A stretch of DNA of 64,000 nucleotides, from assembly GCA_002633005.1 (NCBI GenBank), contig NMRA01000909.1, positions 1 to 64,000 of the forward strand, in the 5' to 3' direction. Below, piece by piece: positions 14,801-26,800 of this stretch. Positions within the stretch are counted from its first letter, which is position 1, and each line of letters opens with the position of its first letter. The notes below the pieces were generated by a model. That model saw nothing but the letters and a program-made list of their open reading frames with translations, did no database searches and was not told where the DNA came from. Made by a program: the position numbers and the translations under genes. The stretch is from Phoronis australis. Taxonomy: Eukaryota; Animalia; Phoronida.

Positions 14801-17800
14801 NNNNNNNNNNNNNNNNNNNNNNNNNNNNNNNNNNNNNNNNNNNNNNNNNNNNNNNNNNNNNNNNNNNNNNNNNNNNNNNNNNNNNNNNNNNNNNNNNNNN
14901 NNNNNNNNNNNNNNNNNNNNNNNNNNNNNNNNNNNNNNNNNNNNNNNNNNNNNNNNNNNNNNNNNNNNNNNNNNNNNNNNNNNNNNNNNNNNNNNNNNNN
15001 NNNNNNNNNNNNNNNNNNNNNNNNNNNNNNNNNNNNNNNNNNNNNNNNNNNNNAAACCCTTTCGTCAGACAACTCTTTGACGCCTTAACTTGTTATCTAA
15101 TGTAATTTTCTACGTCTGTGTGGTTTAATTGTTGACACATTATTAAAATTCAATATCCAGGTTGGACTCGAAAGACCGGCTATTTAACTCACGCAATGTC
15201 TACTTTCGCTTTATTTATCGCAGTGAGCCTCGCTTTGGATTTTAATGTCCGCCGCGTGAATAGAGTCTATAGATCGTACTCCGCAACACAACAAAAATCT
15301 CTGGCCGAACACACGTTGTTGTCACGTGATGTTTGTTCTGAAGTACGTCTGCATATTGTGTGAGAGAGCGAGCGCGTGCGTGTCATCAGAGTACTTGTCA
15401 GAGTAAACGCGATGTTACGATCTAGGTGTGCATTGTAACTAAGAAAATTAACACAAGCAGTAAAGCAGAACGTGTTTTATTTAGCACTTGTCGATCTCAT
15501 CTGCTGAAAAACGTTTAAGAATTGTCTCGATAAAGCCGATGTCATTGAGTCGCTGGGTGACTGGATGCGTGACAGTCTAACAGTTATTTTTCGGGAGATT
15601 TGGGGGTGTAAGGGTGCAGAAGTGTTTACCATCAGTGGGTCATTTTGACTTTAAAAACACCAATTACGACTAATTTAATAATGCCCCCGTAAAATTAACG
15701 CATTTTTAGAGTATTAGAAACTTTCGGAAATAAGTGCCAGTATTTAATTCTTGCCGATGCTATGCTACCCGTTTCATGAATAGATAGCTCCCGAAGACTA
15801 ATCTTCCTTGACAGATTCTTGAATGTAGCGCGTGCTTCCTAGCCACGTGCTTTTAACTGAACAAAGGTCAAGTTTTTATGAGTCTTTGATTCGCGGTATT
15901 CACTTGTACAAAGAGATTTGGATTCCTGTTGAGGGAGAAGATATGTACGGGAAAAATACTTTATCCTTTTGGCAAGTACGCTGCATCTGTTCTGAAAGGG
16001 CAGACCATAATAGCACACGATAAGCAAAACTTGCGTTCTTTTTGAAGACGGCGGAAGTTTGAAGCGTATAGTCCTGGCTAAATACCAACATAACGGTGAG
16101 GCTTGTAGTCTATAAATTATGCGCACAATGATATTTTCTGGACTGTCGGATGTTATTGATGAATTGAAGACGTTACTGTAGAATTTAAGAACTGTAGGTA
16201 AGGAATTTTTGGCATGCTCATGAACAGGGCGCTTATATTAGCAAAGTCTGAAAACGCGTGGGGGCGCTTATGGGGCATGGGCGCTTATTAAGGCGAAAAC
16301 GGTAAACGTAAAAAAATAAAAATTGCCACTATCAAAACAAGATCAACGCGGAGCGTTGAAATGTGCCTACGAATGCATCGAAAATGGTGTGCTTTTAGGG
16401 TTATTTCTTTGTATCACAAAAATGGCCATAAGATGACACAAAAATGCACAATCCACCCAAAAACGGGAACATGCCTTTTTTAATAAAATTCCGTCAAGGA
16501 AAACGGAACAAAATGAAATTGCCACTTGTGGGCACAGTGTCCGTTCGAACCGCCTAAAAGTCGTCGTATGTTATCTTCATATTAATCCACATACTAAATT
16601 TAATAAAGATCTTGTAGTGGGTTTTGCAGATACAGCTATGGGCGAAAAACAAAACTACCACTAGGAGGCGCCACAGTAGACAGTCGTCATAATCAAAGCT
16701 CCCCTTCACACAGAAAACATACGCTAATTTTCGAAACCATCCCTAGAATGATTTGGTTGATCAAGGGGTGGACGCCAAAAACAAGATTTGAAAACAGCAA
16801 AAATGGCCACTAGGTGACGCAAAATATCTTGCTTCCATCCAAAAACAGGATAATAGATGCCTATATTCAAAACTTTATGAAAATCTGTTGAGGACCTTTG
16901 AAGATACGGACTGGTAAACGTAAAAAACTATAATTGTCACTAGGGTGCATACGAGTAGTCAGATCCGTCCGAAAATCGTTGTCGTCTGTTGTCAAAATCG
17001 TATAAATACACTTGCTAAATAAATTTAAGATCCTGTAAACACTTTAGGAGATACAGCCATGAGCCCAAAAAACAAAACTCCCACTAGGAGGCGCCACAGT
17101 AGTCAAACTCGTCGGAAAATCATCGGCAGCCATCCACTTCATAATAAAAACACATATGCCAATTCCACTATTATCCTGAAAGCGGTTTGGTTGATAGACG
17201 AGTGGACGCCAAAAACAGACTAAAAAACAAAAAATGGCCACTAGGTGGTGCAAACGAGATCAAATCCATCTGAAAACGAAGAGATAGCGTCACTTCATTA
17301 ACATATGCCAGTATGCCAAATTTTATGAAAATACATTGAGGACCTTTAAACATACAGAGGTAAACGCAAAAAAATAAAATTGCCACTGGGGAGCACACCA
17401 GTAGTAAGATCTGCCTAAAAGTCCTCGTCCTTCGTTGTTGACATCATATAAATACACTTGCTAAAGGTCCTCCAAACGGTTTAGGAGATACAGCCATAGG
17501 CGCAAAAAAACTGCCACTAGGAGGCGCCACAGTAGTCGAAGTCGTTGGAAAATCATCGTCAACCGTCATAGTAAAAACATACAAGCCAAATTTTTCACAA
17601 TCATACTAAGCGGTTTGGTTTATAGAGAGGTGGACGCTAAGAAGCAGACTCGAAAACAGTAAAAATGGCCACTAGTTGGTGCAAACTACGCCAAATCCAT
17701 CCGAAAACATGAAGTTACCTTCGCCTCACTAATAGATGCCTATATACCAAATTTTGTGAAAATATATTGAGGACCTTTGAAGATACAGAGATAAACGTCA

Positions 17801-20800
17801 AAAGCTAAAATTGCCACTAGGGGGCACACTGGTCGTCGGATCCGTCCGAAAGTTCGCTCATGCCGTTCCAGCTGTAAAGGCAACATACGTGCAAAATTTC
17901 ATGAACATATGTCAATCGGTTTTGGAGATAGAGTAGCGAACGCCGTAAGGACGCCGCCCGGACGGACGGACGGGGTTGACAGCATAATGCGTCCACATCA
18001 TGATATAAATATGTGGGCGCCTAAGAACCGGACAATCGCCGCACAAATAAAAAAGTTGTTCAATCAACGTTTCGTCTATTAATTGGACATCTTCAGGATC
18101 ATGTTTACAAAAGACAGCAAGTGCCAAAATACAGCTCAGGTAACATCCATAAAGTGAAGTGAGAGATACAGGGAATGTAGACAGTAGCTGGACCAGGTCA
18201 TAACCTTAGTTGCAGGGACACTGAGGTCTGCATGTTATTCAGAGAATCAGTAGCATGCTGGTTGTGAATGGCCAATGACTCTTTGATGTACAGTAATGTC
18301 TTATTAGGTTCTCTGAAGATAATACTAACTGAATTGGCTTGGTGATTGTTGCTAACACAATGCCTATATATGTTGCTTTTCTCTGAAATGTGATGTTCTT
18401 TCAGCCTGTCACAGAAGCATCTTTGTGTGAGTCCGGTATAGAATTCAGTTGTCACATTCAACCTTCTAAAAAACATTGCTCTTGTTCAATAAAGGGATGG
18501 GTGACTTCAGTTTACACAGCATATTGGAAAGTTTCCAAAGAGGTTTGAAAACAACTATCAGTTCAATGGCTGGGTCTATGCAATGAATAAGGCGAGATAA
18601 TTGATGTTTCAATTTTGTACTACTTGGCCGGTGTAATCAGGAGAAAAGAACAAATTTCTTTTTCTCGGGTCCAATAACAGCTACCAAATCTGTATCATTC
18701 ATTTTTGAAAGGAAGCGCCTTTTACAGCTATTCAAAAATTTCAGAGTGTAACCATTGGCACGCAATAACTGGAAAATCCAAGCTAAGTCACTATCAAAAC
18801 TTAAATTGGTGGAACAAATTCTCCAGGCACGGTGTAACAAGCAATTGACTAGACCTCTCTTGTAGTGGATCGCTACAAAACTATCAAATTTAAGATAAAG
18901 CTTACGATACACAGAAGTAACAACGGTACTATTCTCACGTTTAGCTAAAACATCTAGAAAAGGTATAGTAAACACGACTCGTGCTCAGATTCACTGGTGA
19001 AGTTGTTGGACGGATGCACATTGTTCATGTGATTGAAAAAGGTGTTGACTGAGTTCTTGGATGAAAACACAACAAATGTATCGTCCACATTCCTGCGATA
19101 AAATTGTGGTTCATAATCCGGTGGATAACTAGCCAGAGGCTCAGTCCTTTGTAAATATGATCCTGATGATGTCTAATGTATAGACAAAACGTTGACCGAA
19201 CATGAACTTTTTTATTTGCCCGGCGATCGTCCCGTGTTTAATCTTACTGTGGCCAAAAACCGATTTATGTAACAGACATGCAATTGGGCCCCATCTACAC
19301 TACCTAACCATCTACTACATGTAAATAACAGGCATTAAGTGTGTGTATAAGACTATATTTGTTGCAACAAACACGAGTAGTTAAGCCCATCTACTAAATA
19401 ACAGGCATATGTGAGCAGGTAACAGTTTTGTTGCAAAGAACACAAATGGTTTACATCCAATTAAACTCATTACTCCCTCTTGTAGCCCAGACATCAATCA
19501 ACTCCACCTCACTTGCTATCTCCGTTTGCATAGTTTTGCAATTTTACAACGCGGTGGGTCAGCTATGGGATGTTGGATTAACCAACTAACCAAGTGACTC
19601 TTCTTTTGGATAGTTTTACGATATGACCACCAGGTGGGACAGCTATTGAATGTTAGATGTCAGCCAACTAACCAACTCTTTCTTGGGATAGTTTGACAGT
19701 TTGACTACCAGGTGTGATAGTAGTAATGTGTACTCCTAACTAGTTGTTTGACATCCATGTAAGATTCTGACATGTATTGAGGGTGAGTGCTAGGAACAAG
19801 GGAGGTAGGGACAACTAAAATATTTTCCAAAAGTATCGGGAATATGTTCGTTTAGTACCACCAGATCACCTTACTAAGTTAGATTTTTGGAAACGGAGGC
19901 TATTAGATACCAATAGCAATTTTTTAATAGAATTTCACTAAAGCAGCACGAAGTATGTGAAAGAAAATATCCATGCATATGCGTGTTATAATGGCTGGCT
20001 TGCGTACCTCATTAATCAATCCTTCTAATTCCATCTTCTTCCATACTCTTGTGAAATTGGCAAACATATCGACTTTACTGAGGTAGTTTCCACTATATCT
20101 ACCTTGATTGTCCATGCCCATAGCCTCGATGACAAAATGACCCCCTATAACAAAAACAAAATGGCAACAGTAGCACGTAGTTCCATTATCATTTAGACGC
20201 CATATGTGTAACTTGTCTGGGAAGACTTCAATGCATTTTAAGTGCGAGAGAAGTCTTTATCAGCCATTTTCAAACCTTTTGATTTTTGACACTTGCAGCA
20301 CTTTTGAACAATATTTATGAGTTGTACGGGGTGGGTCGATTAGCCTGAAAATGTGCTCTTGTGTTATGCTCCATTGGTAGAATAATATCGCGTCTCAGAT
20401 TTTTATTTTGCTTTGAACAACATCCAAAATAAAAACTTTTTGCGATAATTTAAAATGATACTTTGTTGGCTGCTATCTCTGTTGTTATACTGAAATAAAA
20501 AATCTTAGAAAAGGTATTGACAGCAAGTACAAATACTTGGAAAACAAGTCAACGGGAAATTCCTTTTTGTAGAAGTTCATATCCATAGCAAAAATACTGC
20601 TAAAAAACTGGCGGTAATGTGATTATAAACGAGCGTGCATAATGCGACTACTGCTTTACAACTGCTTAAGGCAATTTATTTTCACAAGTTTGAATTTACA
20701 CAATAATTAAGAATGAAACGGGATATAAAAAACATTTTTAACACCAAAATATGATTAATAACGGATTTAAATTGAGTCAGATACTAAAACTCAGTGAAAA

Positions 20801-23800
20801 CATAGATTATAAACAACAGCTTCGCAATTTCTTATGTACTATCATAGAAGAGGCGCCACTCTCCTAAATTACCAATTTGTTTCCAGTTAGAGTATTGTGA
20901 CGTAAAACCCTTGAATCTATTTTATTGTCCACAACAATGAAAAAATAATAATTTCGGCATTGAAACTCTGTTCAAAGGCTTTCAAAAAAGAACTGTTGGC
21001 ATCGTGAATACTTTTAGCACCCCACCACACGAGCATGATTAGCAGATGATGTACTTGCCAGAAGTAAAAAAAAAATTGCCAGGTGTCGCTAGTGAATAAT
21101 GACGTCACGGCTAATGCGTAAGATCACAGATTTCGTTCACTGAAAATATACGGATTTGGCGGTCCATGCAGAAAATAAACCTCTGAAAAGTTTTAATTAA
21201 GGTATCCTACCAGCAACACTGTACACGAAGGAGATTGTAGATTATTTTAAACTTTTAGCAGTGTGTTCGTTGGCAACAATACTAAAAGTAAATCAACAAT
21301 CGGTAGTCATCACCACCGTCAGTGTCAACTTTTTATTTCTTAGAATATAAAAACATGTAGGCAAACAGGTCTCAATGTAATACAAGAGCAGCGCGGTGCG
21401 TTGAAATGCACCCACGAATGCATTGCAAATGGTGTGCTTTTAGGGTTATTATTTGTACCATAAAAATGGCCCCTAGATGGCGCAAAACATACAATCCATC
21501 CAAAAACAGGAACATTCAATATTTCATAAAAATCTGTCACGAAAGTTCAGAGAAACAAAGGAAAACAGAATATAATGAAATTGCCACTAGTGGGCTCAGT
21601 GTCCGTTGGATCCGCCTGAATGCCGTCGTCGTCTGTTGTTATCTTCATATAAATACACTTACTAAATTTAATAAAGATCCTGCAGTGGGTTTAGGAGATA
21701 CAACTATGGGCGCAAAACAAAACTACCACTAGGAGGCGCCACAGTAGTCAGTCACGATCATCAAAGGTCGTCTTCACACGGCGAACACATATGCCAATTT
21801 TCAAATAATTTGGTTGATACGGAGGTGGACGCCAAAAACAAGATTTGAAAACTGCAAAAATGGCCACTAGGTGGTGCAAAATACCTCGATTCCATCCAAA
21901 AACAGGAAGATAGCGTCATCACACCAATAGATGCCTAAATTTAAAATTTCTTGAAAATCTGTTGAGGACCTTTGAAGATACAGTTAAACGTAAAAACTAA
22001 ACTTGCCACTGACTAGGGGGCAGAGCAGTAGTCAGATCTGTCCAAAAGTCGTCATCATCTGTTGTCAACATCATATAAATACACTTGCTAAATTAAGTAA
22101 AGATCCTGAAAACAGTCTAGGAGACAAAGCCATCAGCGCAAAAAAACTGCCAATACTAATCGAAATCATCGGAAAATCATTGTCAGTCGTCCCTTTCATA
22201 GTAAGAACATACATGCCAATTTCACAATCATCCTTTGAGCGGTTAGGTTGATAGAGGGGTGGACGCAAAAAAAAACAGACTAAAAACAGTAAAAACGGCC
22301 ACTAGGTGACGTAAACTACATCGAATCCATCCGAAAATGGGAGGATAGCGTCATCTCACTAATAGGTGCCTACATACCAAATTTCATGAAAATCCGTTAA
22401 GGAAAAAAACGTCCAATCCATCTGAAGATAGTTACATGCGATCGCTTTTTTAATAGAAAGCTATTTCCCAAATTTCATAAAAATCTGTCAAGGAACTTCA
22501 GAGAAACAAAGGAAAACAAAAAATAATGAAATTACCACTTTGGGACACAGCATTCATTGAATACGCCTGAAAAACGTAGTCATCTGTTGTTAGCTTCACA
22601 TAAATACAATAACTAAATTTAATAAAGATCCTGTAGTGATTTTAGTTGATGCAGCTATAGGCGCAAAACAAAACAAAACTACCACTAGGAGGCGCTACAG
22701 TAGACGTATGCGTTATCGTCAACCGTCCTCTTCACACTGAGAACATATACACCAATTTTCAAAGTCATCCTCAGAATGGTTTGGTTGATCGAGGGGTGGA
22801 CGCTAAACAACAAGACCTGAAAACAGGAAAAATGGCCACTAGGTGGCGCAAAAGTTCCTCGATTCCATCCAAAAGCGGGAGGATAGCATCATGTCGCCGA
22901 TAAATGCGTATATTCCAAATTTTCTGATAATCCGTTGAGGACCTTTGAAGATACAGAGGTAAGGCTAAAAAATGAAAATTGCCACTAGGAGGCACACTGG
23001 TAGTCAGATCCGTCAGAAAGTTGTTATCATCTGTTGTTAACATCATATAAATACACTTGCTAAATTTAGCAACGATGCTGCAAACGGTTTAGAAGATACA
23101 GCCATGGGCGAAAAAAAGAGACAAAACTGCCACTAGGAGGCGCCACAGTAGTCGAAATCGTCGTAAAATCATCGTCAGCCGTCCTCGTTATAATAAAAAC
23201 ATACATGGCAATTGACACGATCATACTTAGAGCGGTTTGTTTGAGAGAGGGAAGGACACTAAAAAAACAGACTCGAAAACTGCAAAAATGGCTACGTCAA
23301 ATTTATCATTCGAAAACAGGAGGATAGCGTCATCTCACTAACAGATGCCTATATGTCAAATTTCATGAAAATACGTTTAGGACTTTTGAAGATATAGAGG
23401 TAAGCGTCAAAAACTAAAATTGCCACTAGGGGGCACACCGGTTGTTGGATCCGTCTGAAAATTAAGTCATGTCGTCTCATCCATGATAGGAACATATGCG
23501 AAAAATTTCATAAACGTACGTCAAAGGGATTTTGAGATAGAGCAGCGGACGCCGGACGGACGGAGATGAGGGCATAATGCGTGCACATGTGGGCAATTAA
23601 TGATTATGAACTGCCTAACCAGTAAAACACCAATGAACAAAGCTAACATTATGAGACTTTACACGGAAAATTTGATAGTGACACTTAGGGCGGTTTGGTT
23701 GATAGAGGAGTGACTATCAAAAAACAGACTCAAAAACAGCAAAAATAGCCACTAGGTGGTTCAAACTACGTTAAACCCTTCCGAAAACAGGAGGATAGCG

Positions 23801-26800
23801 TCATCTCACTAATAGATGCCTATATGCCACATTTTAAGAAAATACGTAGAGGATCCTTCGAAGATAAAGAGGTAAACGTAGAAAACTAAAATTGCCACTA
23901 GGGGACACACCGGTAGTCAGATCTGTCTGAAAGTTGTCGTCATCCATTGCCAACATCATATAAATATACTTGCTAAATTTAGTAAAGACCCTGCCAACGA
24001 TTTAGGAGATACAGTCACAAAACAATGCCAATAGGAGGCGCCACAGTAGTCGAAATCATTGGAAAATCATCATATTAAGAACATATATGCCAATTTTCAC
24101 AATCATCCTTAGAGCAATTTGTTTGATAGAGGGATGGACGCCAAAAGACAGACTCGAAAACAGCAAAAATGGTCATTAGGAGGCGCAAACTACGTCGAAT
24201 CCATCCGAAAACGGGAGGATAACGTCATCTCACTAATAGATGCCTATATGCCACGTTTTATGAAAATACATCGAGGACCTTTAAGATAAACATTAAAATT
24301 GCCAAATAGGGGACACACCGGTAGTCGGATCCGTCCGAAAGTTCCCTCATGCCGCCACATCCATTAAAGGAACACAATGCAAAATTTCATGAACGTACGT
24401 CAAAGGACTTTGGAGATAGAGCAGTGGACGCCCGACCGACGGACGGAGATGACGACATAATGCCTCCCACTAAAAATGTGTGGGCGCATAACAAAAATGA
24501 AGCGGAAATAGTATCTTTAAGGCATACTCTATCATGGTCTATGTATAACTGCTTTATTTAGATTTCCTTACACTTATATAGGTTTTTTTGGTTTGTTCTA
24601 TTTTTTGCTTGTTGTATCACATCCATATATATGGTGAATTAATTCATGATAAGCGACTTAGTATTTCTATTTTGCATCTTGTGCTTTACTCAAAAAGTAT
24701 TTTATTTTAGGTCAATTAATTTAATCATATAACCATATCCATATTACTTAGTCACTTGACTTACAACCACAACGAGTAGTCACCTTTCTTTAACTCAATA
24801 GCTCTATTCACTAACATGGACTCCCATTCCTGAGCAGCGTGGTCGCGAATTCGCACCTTTTCCGTCGAATCTGTAATCTGGGTCGAATGAGTACCACCCG
24901 TAATTTTGCAGGGCCTAGGAACATGTTAAAAGATAATGTGTCCTGGTTTACCATAACTAACACAATCGCCATTTTCTCAGATTTGAACTGAAACGTTGTT
25001 TTACGATTCAGTATCATAACAAGCCTTACAATCACCGATTTGTCAATACCTAGATGTATAACCATTCCACCACTTTGAGCTTTTGGCTAAGCAATTATTC
25101 AGTATAGAGCGATTATCAAGTAACGGAGTGACCATAGTCATAGAGGGGGGGAGGCAAAACATTAACTAAGCCAGCCTCAGCTGAAGGTATACTTAGTCCA
25201 ATGGAAGATTGAAAACCGGCCATTTTTTCAATGAACCATGTTGTCACATGCAATATCAAGGTATTTCATGAACTGAAAGCTTGTGGTAACAAACACAATA
25301 AAATATTACAAAGCAACATACAAGAGCAACACGGAGCGTTGAAATGCGCCCACGAATCCACTGCCAACGGAGTGCTTCTAGGGTTGTTTATTTTTTTTCA
25401 GAAAAATAGTCACAAGAGGGCAAAAACATCCAATCCATTTTAAAATCGGTACATGCCATCGCTTCTTTAATAGAAAGCTATTTAGCAAATTTCATAAAAA
25501 TCTGTCAAGGAGCTTCAAAGAAACAAAGGAAAACAAAAAATAATGAAATTGACACTTTGGGACACAGCCTTCATTGCATCCGCCTGAAAGACGTCGTCAT
25601 CTGTTGTTAGCTTCACATAAATACAATTACTAAATTTAATAAAGATCCTGCAATGAGTTTAGGAGATGAAGCTATGGGCACAAACCAAAACAAAACTACC
25701 ACTAGGAGGCGCTACAGTAGTCGAATGCGTTATTGTCAACCGTCCTCTTCACACTGAGAACATATACCAAATACCAATTTTCAAAGTCATCCTCAGAACG
25801 GTTTGGTTGATCGAAGGGTGGACGCCAAAAAAGCAAGACTAGAAAACAAGAATATTGGCCACTAGGTGGTGTAAAATTACATCCCAAAGCGGGAGGATAG
25901 CATTTTCTCACCAGTAAATGCCTATATTCCAAACCTTCTGATAACCCACTGAGGACCTTTGAAGATACAGAGGTAAGCCTAAAAAATGAAAATTGCCACT
26001 ACGGGGCACACTGGTTGTCAGATCCGTCCGAGAGTAGTCATCCATTGTTAACATCATATAAAAACTCTTGCTAAATTTAGTAAAGATGCTGCAAACCGTT
26101 TAGGAGATAGAGCCATGGGCGCAAAAAAAACAAAACTGCCAGTAGGAGGCGCCACAGTAGTTGAAGTCATTGGTTAATCATCGTCAGCTTTGTAGTAAGA
26201 ACATACATGCCAATTTTCATTATCATTCTCAGTGAAGTTTGGTTGATAAGGGGGTGGAAACCCAACAACAGAATAAAAACAGTAAAAATGGCCACTAGGT
26301 GGCACAAACTACGTCAAATCCATCCGAAAACGGGAGAATAGCTTCATCTCACTAATAGGTGCCTATATTTCAAATTTTATGAAAATCGTTGTGGACCTTT
26401 GAAGATACAGAGGTAAACGTAAAAAACATAAATTGCCACTAGCTAGGGGGCACACCAATAGTCAGATCTGTCCGAAAGTTGTCGTCATCCCTTGTCAACA
26501 TCATATAAATACGCTTGCAGAATTTAGTAAAGATCCTGCCAACGGTTTAGGAAATACAGTCATGAGCGCAAAAAGAGACAAAACTGCCACTTGGAGGCGC
26601 CAGTGTACTCGAAATTGTCGGAAAATCATTGTCAGCCGTCCTCTTCATAATAAAAATATACATGCCAATTTTCACAATCATTCTTAGAGCGGTTTGGTTG
26701 ATAGAGGGGTGGAAGCCAAAAAACAGACTCGAAAACAGCAAAAAATGTCCACTAGGTGGCGCAAACTAAATCGAATCCATCCCAAAACGGGAGGATAGTG

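Larger units (their letters stand above)
13101..16302. mobile_element. Tc1/mariner-pogo-like DNA transposon derivative with TA TSD, containing nested inserts and an N gap
   Basis: Left end TCGTATTTGCCCTATTAAGCGCCC, right end GGGCGCTTATTAAGGCGAAAACGG; TA duplicated at 13099-13100 and 16303-16304 inside a HINE unit. Confidence 0.75.
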
